DNA of 63,866 nucleotides, counting the filler, from Reclinomonas americana ATCC 50394 (taxonomy: Eukaryota): the NCBI GenBank assembly GCA_048213135.1. It is 10 parts of 10 records of this genome, joined end to end, with 100 filler letters (N's around TTAATTAATTAA, not from the genome) between each part and the next. Parts side by side here need not be neighbours in the genome. Positions count along the whole stretch, not along the records: positions 26,476 to 29,413 come from AFZH01022040.1; positions 29,514 to 35,606 come from AFZH01022042.1; positions 35,707 to 42,593 come from AFZH01022044.1; 7 more parts are not named here. One strand, 5' to 3'. The notes under the pieces were generated by a model that was not told the DNA's origin, ran no database searches, and saw only the letters and a list, made by a program, of their open reading frames with translations. Shown piece after piece: positions 26,500 to 39,667 of the stretch. The number at the start of each line of letters is the position of its first letter. The stretch's first letter is position 1. The position numbers and the translations under genes were made by a program.

Positions 26500-28753
26500 G
26501 GCGGTGGGCGAGCGCTTCCTGAGCGCGGCCGAGGCCGAGATGCGCATTGAGTGTCTGTGGTGGCGACGAGAGAATGCCGATCCCGACGCGCCCATGAAGC
26601 TCATCTGTCGTGGACTGTTGCGTGTGTGTGTGCTTGTCTCTGTGTGTGTATGCGCAGTACCTCATGCTGTGCGAGAGTAGGGTGTATCGACCGCAGGTGG
26701 AGGACGTTGGCAAGGTGATTGTGGTGCAGTTGTGGCCGGTGGGCGACTTGCATGCCAATGCGCAGCCGTTGGCCACGTTGCCGCTCAAGACCATTGTGCA
26801 TAAGCCGCGGCGGGCTCCCGGAGTGCGCTCGTTTGTGCAGAACAGAGCGCTGCGGAGAGACTCGTTGCGCGTCACGCGTGGTGTGTTGTCTTCTTCCCCT
26901 TGTTCTTCTTCTCCGTCTATGTGGCGCTCACTGGTGTGCGCCTTTCCCTTCGTGCAGGCGATGACCACATTCGTGTGTGCAGTTACAATCTGCTGGCACC
27001 GCGCTACGTGTCGGCGCAGTCGGTGGATCGTGTCGACTTCTCCAACGTGGACTACCGCCTGACTCTCATTCTCGAGGACCTGGCCGTGATCAATCCCGAC
27101 ATTGCATGCTTTCAGGTGAGTATCTGTGTGTGTTCGTGCCTGCCTGCTCTCCTGCGGCACTGCCACTCAACGCTGGTGGAGCAGGAGTTGGGCACGGACC
27201 TGTACAACGGGCTTCTGGGTGACGCTCTGAACAGGCGCGGCTATGCTGGCGTCTTCAAGGCACGCACGACCGACGCCGGAAACGAGCACCCAGATGACTC
27301 CACCATGGACGGTTGTGCCGTCTTTTATCGCGTGAGCAGGTGCGCTGGAAGCGGATGCATGTGCATGGGTAGGCATCGTGATCTCACACAACCACAGGTT
27401 CCGTCTGCTGCAGCATGTTGATGTCAGTTTCGCCGACATGGCGCGCAACGATCCAGACATTGGCGAGCGCTCCGCCCTTCTCAGTCGCTTCCTTAAGCAC
27501 AACGTCGCCAACATTGTGTACCTCGAGCCGGTTCGCCCCATCCCTCACACGCTCACACCCACACGCGTGACTCAATCCGTCTGTGTGTGCGTGTGGTTCA
27601 CCATGCAGATTGATGCGTTGGTGGGCGACGTGGCAGAACAGCGATTCTTGGCTGCACTCGGCAATGTCATGAGCAGCACTCGACCGCAACCGTCGCGCAC
27701 GCAGGGCGTGCTGGAGATGGGCCCACCGATGGACGATCGGTTGTTTGATATGAGCGATTTGCGTACGTTCCTGCGAGATCCGCTCTCCGATCCACCACAC
27801 GAGTCGCCGTGGCGTGCCAGCGATGTGCGCCGCCCACCACCCTCACGAGGTTGGCGTTGGCGACGTTGAAAAACACATTCTTCTCTTCGTGATTCTCATC
27901 TCTCTCTTTCTCTCTTCTGTGCCCGTGCAGTACTGTGTGTATGCAACACACATCTCGTCTCCAATGCCTCGCTGGCCGACGTCAAGCTCTACCAGGCCGT
28001 CAAACTCATGCAGTTTGTGCAACAATCGCTGGCCAATTTCACACACCGCACCAACACGCACCCGGCGCTGGTGTTTGCCGGCGATTTCAACAGCCTGCCC
28101 AGCATGAGTGTGCACCAGTACATGGCGAATGGCAAGCATTTTCAGGTGCGAGTGTTGTGTGCGCACAGAGAGTTGCCTCGGTGTCGCCACTCACGTTTCC
28201 GGCACCCTGCAGGGTGTCGGCCACGAGGACTTTCACTTGCTTTCGCAGGCATTGCCGAGGTGCGTCCGGCCACACACGCTGAATATGGCCAGTGCCATGC
28301 TGGAGGTTCTCGGTGAGTGTGCTTTTCACAACAACTGGTAGTGTGGCGTCGGATCTCTTCTCCTCGTTCTCACGTGTCGTGCCAGGCGACGAACCCGAAT
28401 TCACCAACTATCGTGAGAACTGGCTCGGCTGTCTCGACTACATTTTCTACGACGTCGATCGGTTGGTGTGCAGTGCCGTGCTGAGTGGCCTCAAGGCGCA
28501 CGACTTCTGTCCGAACGGCGAGGAGGGTGGACCAAATGCCTCGTTTCCCTCGGATCATATTCCTGTGGTTGCGTGCTGTTGCCCCCCCCCCCCCCCTCTC
28601 ATCTCCCGTGCACGCACACACACTCACTCCTCCGCTGCTTGTGAGATAGGTGGCCGATCTGTGTTTCCACGACGCGCATCCAACATGATCTGGTGGTACA
28701 CTAAGAAATACAAGCAATACGACTCTCGACAGGTCGCACGCAATCACTGGTGA
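26500..28753 (+). CDS. CCR4/PDE12-like EEP deadenylase/phosphodiesterase with N-terminal Ig-like domain (5' partial)
   Basis: RVCSYNLLA, PDIACFQ|E, DGCAVFY, VFAGDFNSLP, EPEFTNY...LDYIFY and FPSDHIPV. N-terminal VYRPQVEDVGKVI motif. Confidence 0.88.
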
Positions 28754-28829
28754 TGATGCTGCTGAGCTCGGCGAGTGGGCGAGCAAACAATCGGACGTGC
28801 TGTGCGCGTATGCGTCTATCAGGCAAGCC

Positions 28830-29413
28830 GCTAACTCACCAAGTCACAAGGGGCACACACACACGAACCGATATCCGCCTCCACGCATTGCTCCGCAATC
28901 ACATGCTCATCATAGTCCACCGCCTGCACCATGATCAGGTAGTGCTGGTCCACGTCCGGGTTGTCGTTGACGATCTCCGCCTGTCATGGAGCACATGTGC
29001 AAGTGAGTGAGAGAATGGAGGGAGAGCATCGAGGGAATACACACCGCCAGCTGGCTGGAATCAACCGGCAAACTCTGCCACACACTCGAGCCACGCATTC
29101 GTGTGGACACGCGGTACTCGACGGCATTGAGAACGCCCTGCCACAGGATGAGCACCGCGTTGCCGTGTGTGCCGCGGTGCATGCGCACATCCAGCGCGCC
29201 AGTGCGTTGTTCTTTGGTGTGCATGGAGGCGCGAGTGGCTGAGAGAGAGAGAGAGAGTGAGGGAGGGAGTGTGTGAGACCGTGAGGCGAATGAGTGAGAG
29301 ACGGAGAGAGTCACGCAACGACTTGAGCTCAGCATTGTGTTGTGACGGAGAAATCGGTTTGCAATTGGCGCGAGATATCGAAATCGTGTCAGCTTGTTTT
29401 TGTCGCCTGTTGT
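28830..29413 (-). CDS. Fragment of a protein with an FN3-like beta domain; probably continues across the gap to the ATG at 29600
   Basis: Spliced frame ...AVLILWQGVLNAVEYRVSTR...WQSL...|AEIVNDNPDVDQHYLIMVQAVD. The 3' end is uncertain. Confidence 0.45.
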
Positions 29414-29513
29414 NNNNNNNNNNNNNNNNNNNNNNNNNNNNNNNNNNNNNNNNNNNNTTAATTAATTAANNNNNNNNNNNNNNNNNNNNNNNNNNNNNNN
29501 NNNNNNNNNNNNN

Positions 29514-29600
29514 GCCCGTGTATGCAGGCGGCTGAGGTTGCTTGAGCTGCTGCTGCTGCGGCGGCGGCGGCAGGGGCGCAGGATAGGCACCGTACTCCAT
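29514..29600 (-). CDS. N-terminal P/Q-rich exon running into the gap
   Basis: MEYGAYPAPLPPPPQQQQLKQPQPPAYTG is open until the N run. Confidence 0.45.
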
Positions 29601-29855
29601 GCGAGAAACACAACAAAAGAGAAGAAGAGAGAGAGTGGAAAAAAAGGAAACCGCACGCACTGGTAACCGGAAGTGGAGGAGGGGGAAAAGGGGTGTTAGA
29701 GGCATACGGAGGAAAAGGAAGAACAAAGGCATGAAAAAATATAAGAACGTACCTTCTCTCGCCCGACGCGTCAAAGAAAACGTTACACATTGGTCGGTTG
29801 CGGTGGAGTGGTGGAGGCCGGTGGACATCACTCGATAACACAGACAAAGCGCACG

Positions 29856-31122
29856 ATGGCGGAGGCTTATCCGATTGATGTCGCGAAGGAGCGCGAGCGA
29901 TGCGAAGGTTCCGAGAGAAAGAAAGAAGAAAATGAGAAAAAACACATATGTTGCTCACGACACATAAACATCACAGAGTTTGTGCAGACACTGATTGGTG
30001 CCGATGATTGGAAGGACAAGGGGTGAGTGCGCGTGGGAGGAGAGGGAGAGAGAGAAGGAAGAGAAAGGTTGCTCATGTGAGCGCGCACAGTCTCAAGGAC
30101 GGTGTGCGTCTGTTTCAACGAAAGCACGATTCGGGCATTACGCAGCACATGGGAGTGGTGAGTGGCCATACTCAGCCTCTCTCACCTTCACTTCACACAC
30201 TCACACACACACACTCTCTCTCTCTCTTTGTGTGCTTTCCTCAGTTGCACTTCCCGGAGCACATTGACGCGGAGCGAGTCATCATGTACACATCGGATCC
30301 GATGTTTGAGACGAAGAGCGCGTGGAACGACGATCTGGCGCAGGCGGAGCTGCTGGGCGAGTTGAAGCACCCGGAGCATGGCATTTCGCAAATCATTTAT
30401 CAGCGTGTCAAGGGCGCCATGGGTAAGTGTGTTTCTTTTCTCCCGCCAATGCACTTGCTGTTCCTGTTCTTCTTCTTCTCTATTGCGCTTCTCCTCGCAT
30501 TCACCACTCACGTATGTATAAATGTTGGCCGGCGGGGCATCTTTGTCTACTCCACTCAGGCGGCATCATCTCTGCGCGCGAATTCCTCATGACCCAGGTA
30601 ATTATGCCTTTTTCCGCGCCCTCATTCCACGACAGATGCGGTTGTTGACACGCCCGCGTGTGCAGTTGGGCAACCGTCACGAAGGCGATCGCTGGTTCAC
30701 ACATGCACGCTCGCTCTCCGATGAGGAGTAGTTGCGTTTGCAATTTGCAGGGGCTTGCCGTCAGAGCTGTGCATTACTTGCATGCTGATCGACCGGCGTG
30801 CAGCACGTACCCGCAACACGGCGATGCGGTGCGAGGTCATTTGGAGTCCGGTGGTCTGGTGGTGGAGCCGCACGCGGATGGTGGTCTTGTCGCTCGCTAC
30901 TGTTGCGTGTTCATTTTTCACTTGTTTCCCCTTCTCTCCAACACGCACACCCGCTGATCGGGTGGTGTGTTGTGCGCAGCGCTGTGCACGGATCCGAGGG
31001 GTCGTATCTTCCAGTGGATGGTCGACAAGGCCATGCCGTCGCAAATCACCGATTTCATCAACCGTGTGCGAAACACGCTGCCGCCGGATAACTCCGCTGC
31101 CAGCGGCAGTGGCTCTCAGTAA
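29856..31122 (+). CDS. START (lipid-transfer) domain protein
   Basis: Spliced product contains DDWKDKG|LKDGVRLF, KSAWNDD, GGIISAREF, VRGHLESGGLVVEP and TDPRGRIFQWMVDKAM; TAA at 31122. Confidence 0.8.
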
Positions 31123-31295
31123 TCGAGAGCACACTCTCGACGAGCACCGCATCTCGTGGTGTTGCTCTGCTCGTTCGCTCTCTCACGCACAGACAGACAG
31201 ACCACACGCCAACCACCATACATTCCATTTGTTTTTTCATCCCTCCACTCTCCCACAGTTGCCGAGTGAACATTTGCATTCCTCGTGTCATGTGT

Positions 31296-32783
31296 TCACT
31301 CTGCGGCAGGCGGGCGACGCAACTCCTCCACCAGCAGGGGCAGGAATTCACCGCTCTTGGCCTGCACTTGCAGCGGCGCGTTCATGTAGCCTTCGGAGAC
31401 GTGGTCGTGCGAGATGTTAATGTCGCACACAAAGGTCCAGTCGCGGCTCGAGCAGCTCCAGGCCTGTGGGGGGAAGAGAAGAAAGTGAGGTTTTGTTGCT
31501 TCTTCTATCGATGATGGCGGAGCACACAGAACGATCTGAGCTGGAAGGCTCTGCGTAGGCACGTATGAGTTGGTGCGGACACGCACTGGGAGATGATGAT
31601 CTAACACGCACCGTTTCCAGCATCGTGCCAATGACCATCAGCACGTCGCACTCCTCCGCGGCCGCCATGGCTGCACAGCACTGTGTCATGCGACTGTTTA
31701 TATATGTGTGCAGTTGTTGACGTACCACTCTCACTGCGGAACATGGCCTCTGCGACGCCCCTTCAAGTCAGTGCACAACCACCGCCAAAAAAGAGCACTC
31801 CACAAGACGCACCGTAGTAGCACTCGTCAAAGAGCAACACGTGCGGTCGTGGGATGCCACGCGCACCGGCTGGCGTCGGTGGAATACCACTGGACGAGCC
31901 CTCCGGCCACGGAAACAGCTCCTCCCTGCCCGTCGCCGCGCTCATGCACCTGCATCAGGCGGGCGATCGAGAGTCAGTGCAGGAAGCGCGTAGGCAGGGG
32001 TGGACGCGACGTGCCGAATGAAACTGAGGTTGCCTGTGAACGCAGAGAAACCGTCGGTGTGGGGAAACACAAACACGCGCACGCCAACGCACGAACCGTG
32101 GATCTCGTAAATGTTCCGACACCCGGCACGTCGCGCCAAGTTGTCCACGTTTTGCGAGATCTGCTGAAAGCTCTTGCCGCTGTCGGCACACCACTGCTCG
32201 AGTGCCACCTGCACGCCTAACTAACATCAGCGCCCTCGGTCACCACCACAACAGGGGAAGGCGTACGGAACCAGCGCATGGTGTCCCGCATTTGGCTCCG
32301 CCTCGCTGATCACCCGGTGGCGGTACTGGTACCACTCCCAGAACTCCTCCGGATCTGCACAAGAGCACACACATCAGTGCCTCACACTCCCCCGCATACC
32401 ACACTGGTCGATAGCAACGCACCACGCTCAAAGAACGCAAATGTGGCCTGCACACCTCCCACCGTGAGCAATCAATAGCGACGAGAAGATCAACATGCCA
32501 ACCATCTCTTGTGGCTTATAGTTCTTGCCCTTGACCCTGCGCGTGATGCATGAGTGCCTCTCATGAGAGACACAGCGATAGACACGCGCTCACCAGTAGC
32601 CATCGGCGCCACGAAACGTCGGAATGCCAGACTCGGCCGAGAGACCGGCACTGCGCAAAACGATCAGAGAGGCGAGGAGAGAGTGAGTGAGAGAAAGAAA
32701 GGAGCCAGCACGTACCCGGTGAGACACACCACTGAGCGTGCACTTCTCACGGCCGCGGCCACGGCTGTCACCCACTTGTCCAT
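31296..32783 (-). CDS. Sirtuin (CobB-like NAD+-dependent deacylase)
   Basis: GAGLSAESGIPTFRGADGYW, EFWEWYQYR, PNAGHHAL, SQNVDNLARRAG, EIHG, RPHVLLFDE and LMVIGT. Confidence 0.9.
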
Positions 32784-32839
32784 CGAAAAAACGCGAAGGT
32801 CTGTCCTCTCAGTGTTGACAGTCAAGTGTGTGCGCGACA
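32784..32839. promoter_or_regulatory. Ultra-short divergent intergenic region between the sirtuin and PRKRIP1
   Basis: 56 nt separate the two head-to-head start codons. Confidence 0.55.
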
Positions 32840-33407
32840 ATGCAAAGCGATCTGGGCGACTTCAAGGTCAAGAACGTGTCGGGCTCCACTGCCGGTAAGA
32901 GACAGACACTGTCGCCTGCTCACTCACTCTGCATGCTGACTGTGACTGCTCAGGTGCGGGCTCTGGTGAGTTCCACACGTATCGACACTTGCGACGACAA
33001 GAGATTCAACGACTGGAGCGCATGGACCGCGAGGCCGAGCAGAAGGAGAAGGACGAGGCGTTCCGGCAAAAGATGGAGCAGTTCAAGTCGATGGATGAGG
33101 AGCGCACGGCCAAGAAACGCGCAAAGCGTCAGCGACACAAGCAAAAGGTGACAAGCACACACGCAGAGAGAGAGTGTGTGTGAGTGTGTGTGTGTGTGTG
33201 TGCTCAGAGCACCCTGCGCTGCAGCTGAAGGAGGTCAAGAAGAGCGGCAAGCAGAGTGATGACGCAACGGCGACGGCTGCTGCTGCGAGTGGCGACGACG
33301 ATGCAGCGCACAAGTCTGAGGCAGAGGCGGAGGCGGAGGAGGAGGAGGAGGAGCAGCCACAGAAGCGGCAAAAGAACAGCGACAGCACCGAGACACCGAC
33401 CAAGTAG
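32840..33407 (+). CDS. PRKRIP1: PRKR-interacting protein 1 (DUF1168) homologue
   Basis: [30 protein letters not shown]...EERTAKKRAKRQRHKQK. Confidence 0.9.
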
Positions 33408-33410
33408 TCA

Positions 33411-35606
33411 ATGAAGGGCAACAAGGCGATTTCATTTTCACCTTTCTCCCTCTCTGCGTGCTGCATGTCTCTGAGCGCACGATCGCGATGGTTGACAGTG
33501 GCAACGATCATTGTTGCTGTTGTCATCACGATCGTGGTTGTTGTGCGCACTCGGCATGGTGACAACAGCAGCAGTGACAGCATGAGTGATGGCGAGGTGG
33601 CGCGTGCGGGAATCCAGCATGCGTGGACGCTCACGTGGCAGCGACGCGACCTGGATGCGCTGTGGAGAAACGCCACACGGCGATTGTTGCATGAAGAGCA
33701 GGGAGAAAACGATGATGAGCAGCCGTGGAGTGCGAGTGATGAGCAGTGGGCGTGGTGTGTGGGCGAGCTGGAGGCGGCAGTGTCGGAGGAGAGTCGACGC
33801 AGTGCGCAGGAGGTGTCGTGATGCGCGTCGCGTGAGTGGGAGAGAGTGGGAGAGAGTGATCAATCGAAAATGTGTGGGCAGTGGCAAGAGCAGCAGCGGA
33901 GCCTGGAACGCGTGTCGATGCATGGCAACTCGTACGTGGTGTCGTGTGAGGATGTGCGAGGAGCGGAGCGCACCGGCTATCGTGTCTATGGAGACATGGC
34001 GGTGTCGCCCATGGCGCGCGCCGAGTACATGTTTTCGCGATGCTCCGATCACCCAGCCAAGGCCTCGGTGTGGCGATGGCCGCCACCGCGGTCGGTGAGG
34101 CCTGTGGAGCAGTGTCCGCTCCTCGCGTCGCAGTGGCAGCTGTGGCACGACATGGAGGATGCGAGGCGCAACGTTGTGAATGACTGGCTTGTTGTGATGA
34201 TGAAAGCTGCTGCTCACCCGACGCAGTCGTTTCCCAAGGTCCACCGCGCTCTCCTGCGCGGGTACATCGATCGGCCCAACTTTATCACGCAGGAGTTGTG
34301 TGAGACCGGCTGCGCTGCGCCGCTGTCGTCCTCGTTTCGCCACTCGAGTTACTGGGGTCACACGGTGAGCATCGTTGTCATCGCTCTCTCTCACTCTCTC
34401 ATTGGAAGCACCGACAACTGTGCCACAGGTGGTGTTGAGTCTGAATGCCACCGCCCTCGACGCCGACATTGTGGTCACCATGTCCGACACGATTGCCGTG
34501 CTGCCACGTGATTCGTCGCGTGAGGCCGCCGTCTTTGTGCAGCAATCGACGTACAAGGAGCACGAGATGACCAGTGTGCACAAGATGGTGTGCCGCTCGC
34601 GGGATGCCTTGCCGCGCTCCAGTGTCGCCAATGCCATCTCTGTCAGCAACCCGTTCCACAACGTCTACTGGCACATGCTGTTGGAGCTGGTGCCGCGTGT
34701 GGTCGCCGCCCTGCCACTCCTGGCCGCCCACCCAACCCTAAAGCTGCACGGCGTGCCGCATGACACGGCTGTGTGGCTGCGTCCGCTGCTGGGCATCGGT
34801 GGGTGTTCATGTGCATGCATGCTTGCTTGCTTGCTTGCGTCAGTGGCTCACCGTGTGCCGACACGCAGCGGATAGCGCGACAGCGGATCCGCAGTTCACA
34901 CGTGTTCGTGAGGTTCTGTACGTACCCATTGTCAGTGCTGGCTACTGGCAGCGTCGCAACGAGTACCTCGGCGAGCCTACTACCTGGCAGATTGCTGCCG
35001 TGCGGTGAGTGTAGCAATGGAGGAGTGCTCCTTGTTCTGATGCACGCAACTCACCGCTGGCGTCACAGCTGGCTGTTCATGCGCGCAGCTGCGGCGCAGG
35101 TGCCGTCACGAGTCGCTCCGCCCACATTCCCTCGCTGTCCGACGTAGTTGCGGGAGACGATGCGTGTGGAGCTCGCCGTTCTGACTGCTCACTCGCTCTC
35201 TCCACGCCGCAGTGCCGACAACTTTCAGCGCTACGTGGTGTTCACCACGCGCTTCTCGCGAGTCGGAGCCAACTCACAAGAAATGTACGAAGCTCTGCGC
35301 CTGCACGCGTTGTCAATCGGAGCTGCACTGGTTCCGTTGTCGGGCGCACAGTTGCGTGGACTTTTAGCAGACGAAAAACGTCGGCACATCGTCTCATGTT
35401 TGTTTGCCGCAGCACCGAGGTGTTTATGCAGTGGCGCATGGTGTACTGCGAGGCGGCCGTGTTTGTCGGTGAGCACGGCTCGAATCTGGCCAACATTGCC
35501 CTGTTGCACCCCACGGCCGTCGTTGTCGAATTCATCACCCACGTCAGTCCAAACTACAGTAATTATTACCAGTTTCGTGGAGGGACGCACACACACACAC
35601 ACACAC
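33411..35606 (+). CDS. Type II membrane glycosyltransferase, family 61 (DUF563)-like, 3' partial
   Basis: N-terminal transmembrane segment (WLTVATIIVAVVITIVVVV), NVYWHMLLELVPR and AAVFVGEHGSNLANIALL...VVVEF. An alternative start is at 33465. Confidence 0.75.
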
Positions 35607-35706
35607 NNNNNNNNNNNNNNNNNNNNNNNNNNNNNNNNNNNNNNNNNNNNTTAATTAATTAANNNNNNNNNNNNNNNNNNNNNNNNNNNNNNNNNNNNNN
35701 NNNNNN

Positions 35707-38700
35707 CGCGACATTTGTGACAAATTTGACTTGCCATTCGTGCCGCCACCCACTGCACCGCCGCGCAAGAAGCGCACGGTTAGTGGACACTCGTTTGCGA
35801 CCTACCTCGACGCGACCGCTGGAGCTCACGTGTATTCGCTTGTGTGCAGGCCGAGGCGGCAGGCAACGCCGATGGTGGTGCGTCGTCAAGCACGACCACG
35901 GCCGCCGCATCCGCCGACGGAGCGGAGGGCGGAGCAGAGCCGGATCAGAAGCGTCGAAAAGTGGAGCGTTGCGTGAGAAGATGGGAAGGAGAACCTTTGC
36001 GCGCCGCTCTATCTCACACGCTGTCGGCGCAGCGGAAAAGGCGAAACCCAAGTACCCGATGGCGGACCATCTGCTGGAGCACGAGGGGGAGCACGCGGAC
36101 AGCAACTGGCCGCAACCCGTGCAAGAGTTCATTGTGGCCGATCATGCAGTCAGCGACATGCTCATGGTGTGGGACTTTTGTCAGACATTCGGGTGCGTGC
36201 TGGTGATGCTGCTCGCTTTCTGTGCCAAGTAGGCGAGTCACTCACTCACTCATTGTCGGTCCGACGTGAACAGCGACCCGATCAAGTTGTCGCCGTTCAG
36301 CCTGAACATGTTTGAGGAGGTGCTGTCGCTGCCGCCGGTCAACCGTCCCGAGAATCCCGCCGTGTACTCGTGTTTCGTGAACATACGGCGCGCCAGTGTT
36401 GTTTGTTCTTCATGGTCATGGCTCACACATCGGCGCAGATATCTCCGACGACGACGTGTCGGCTGCTCGCACGGCTGGCACGGAGAGCGCAGCAGCGGAT
36501 TCTGCACCCGCTGCTAATGGTGGTGGTGGTAGCAGTGGTCACGATGAAGCTGCACAGGCGACTCGCAAGGCGGATGCCAGAATGCGCGCACGCCGACAGA
36601 AGCTGAAGGAGCGCAAGTTGCGTGCACCTCGACAAGGAGGTGGTCCATTGACCTCTGCTTGACAACGTGTATGTGTTGCAGGGCGGCGGAGGCTCGCAAG
36701 GCAGCCGCACAGGCCAAGAAGAAGGCACAGGAAGCGAGTCGACCGAAGGTTGAGTGATGTGAATCGTGGGTGTCTTGAATTGTTGATGCTGACTGCACGC
36801 GGTAAACAACAGCGGAGCGGACGCAGCAGCAAGAGCCAGCAAGACGATGTGCGACGCAGCAGTCGTCAACGAGGACAGCGAACGCGCTACACCGAAGTGT
36901 CGTCGGAATCGGAGGAGCAGTCATTCCAGTACGATGGTGCGACGAGAGATGCATGTGAGACAATGATATGTTGGCTGTCGGTCTCACGTTGTTGCTGTTG
37001 TTGTTGCGCACGATGCAGAGGACTCCAGCGAGGATGAATTCCAGCCGGAGAAGCCACCGCGCGAGGCAATTCGCGACTTTCGTTATGAACAGGCGTCGTC
37101 TGGTGAATCGAGTGATCTGTTTAGCGACGGCGACGAGGAAGATGAAGTGATGGAGGATGTGGAGGACGAAGAGTTGCGAACCTCTACATTACCATCCATG
37201 TGCCTTTGTTAGCGTCTCATCTGTCGATCAGTGCTTTCCCGGTGGTGTTCAAGGAGAAGACACTGTCGGTCGACGTACGGCGCAGTTCACGCACTGCCAC
37301 TCGAGCATCCGCTAAAGCAGTGGCCGCGGCGGCGGCAAATAGCGAAAAGTTTGTTCCGCGGTACTCGACACGTCGTCGTACGGCGCTCGAGGACGATGAT
37401 TCGGGAAGTGCGAGTGCCGATGCCGACACGGACGGGATGCAAGTCGACGGAGACGATGCCAGCGACGATGAGGAGAAGGATGAGGACCTGGAGGACGAAG
37501 ACGACGGCGGTGACGTGGACATGGACGAGGATGACGACGACCTCGGCAGTGATTTCGACAACGATTCAGATGTAGTTGCGTGTGCCGACGGCTTGTTCTT
37601 GTGTGTGTGTGTGTGTGTGTGTGCGGTGCATGCCTTTGACTTCTGATGCAGGCTGTGAGTCTCGCCGATGGTTTCGGTGATGGCGATACGCACTCTCTGC
37701 TGGTGCAGATGCACATGCGACTACTGCACGTGATTATCCAGGACGAGCAGTTCACGGTGCAGCCGCTCAAGTCGGAGCACAGCCAGCAACCGCACCGATG
37801 GCAGCAGCACTTGTACAAGCTGTTGAAGATCATTTGCCGTCAGAGCCCGGAGACCGCGGTGCAGGTGACTGTTGGGGTGATGATATCGGCAGGGTGTCGC
37901 GCCAGATTTCCCTCAACGATTATCATGCACAGCTGCGAACCGCAATGGGTGTGTTGCGCTTGCGACGAGTTGCGTCGGATGATTGCCCTTCTCCTCTCCC
38001 CGTCTCTGGCGCGGTGGTTGACGTGGTGCGTGTCGTTGTGCAGTTCAAGGGCTACCCATCGCTGACGGTCCGCGAGCGACTCGACATTCTCGCTGTGCTG
38101 TGTCATCGCGGTCTGCAGGCCAAGTTCTTGCGGTGAGTATCCGCGTGAAGTGGCGGCCGTGCATGCTGCTCACCGCGTATCACAGCGAACAAGTGGATGC
38201 CAACATGAACGACATTAACGAGCTGCACAAGGAAAAGTGGATGCGCGACCGCGACGATGCCCGCAACAAGCGTGAGCAGCTGGAGGCGCTGCGCAAAGAA
38301 AAGGGTGCGTGTGTTCGTGTGTGTTTGAGACGGGCGGGGATGGCACGTGGCGCTCACCTCTCGACAGAGGAAATCATCAAGCTGCTCGACAAGCGAGGGA
38401 ACAAGGGCGCTGCGGCTGCTTCGGCCGCGAAGACCGACGACGTGGCAGTGGACATGGACGAGGAGATTGATGTCGACGCGCTGTTGCGTCCAGCTCCTTT
38501 GTGTGCTCCTTTCCGCAGCTGATAGGTTGCTCACGCTGTGTCGATGATGTAGAGCCGCTGCCGGCGTCAGCCGCAGTGAGATCCGACGCCGCCAGAAAGA
38601 ACTGGAGCGACGGAAGCAGGAGAGGGAGGCCTCAGAGTCGCGGGAAGAAAATCGACTGGCCAAGATCGAGGCGGCCGAGCGCAAGGCTGTTGCCGACACG

Positions 38701-39569
38701 GAAAAGGAGTTGCTGCGGAGAGTTGCGTGCTGATTCTAGAGTGTGCATCATCATCTTTCATCGACTCAAAAATCTTCGTCGTCGTCGCAGGAGCAAGAGT
38801 TTGAGAAGCTGGTCACGGACTTTGCAGTGCGCACTGTTCCGCTGGGCGCCGATCGACACAACCGCCAGTACTACCTGTTCACGGCCAGTGAGCACGAGCA
38901 GCGGCTGTGGGTGGAGGACACCAAGGTGCAGCACGAGCTGTCGAACGAGAAGGGTCGGATCGAAGAGCTGCCGCTGGTGGTGGTGCGTCACGCCGCCGGC
39001 AGGCTAACGCAGCAGCAGCTCTTGCAGCACCAGCACCAGGAGAAGCGCGAGCAGGAACAGCAGCAGCAACAGCAGCAGCAGGGAGAACAAGCGGGCGATG
39101 GCGGCGACGACATGCTGGCCGGTGTGTCTGTTGTGGCGTCGCAGGAGGCCATTGCGGCTGCTACGGCGGCTGCGACGGCCGCACACGAGGCACGCAACTC
39201 GGCTCCGAATCCCTGGTCGTACTACACGAACGAGACCGACGTGGAGCGTCTCATCGCCTTCCTCGACGAACGCGGTGTGCAGGAGCGCAAGCTGAAAGCC
39301 AGTCTGAAGAAATACGAGACGCGTATTGTGGCGGTACGTGTTTACTGTGCGAAAAGGGAGAGCAAGGGAGAGAGCACGGTGTCTCACGATCGTCGACTGC
39401 GCAGGGACTGCGACAACGCCGGGAGGAGATCGAGAACGGCAGCTCGCCGCGATCCACACGTCGAGCGGCGGCAGGCGGCAGCGGCAGTGATGGCGGTCCA
39501 CTGTACATCAATCAGGCAGTGCAGGTGGCTGTGGCGGGCCGAACACGGCGAGCCACGCGGCGACGATGA
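35707..39569 (+). CDS. DDT-WHIM1-WSD chromatin-remodelling subunit (BAZ1/ACF1-like), 5' partial
   Basis: DDT: DMLMVWDFCQTFG|DPIKLSPFSLNMFEEVL. WHIM1: GYPSLTVRERLDILAVLC. WSD: VRTVPLGADRHNRQYYLF...WSYYTNETDVERLIAFLDERGVQERKL. Confidence 0.85.
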
Positions 39570-39667
39570 GGGCTTCTACGTTAGAGAGGGGTGAGGGTGA
39601 AGGAGGGAAATTGGGTAAAACTGTCCTGCGTCCGCGATGAAGGCACGCGTTGGTGTTTCCGAGACGA

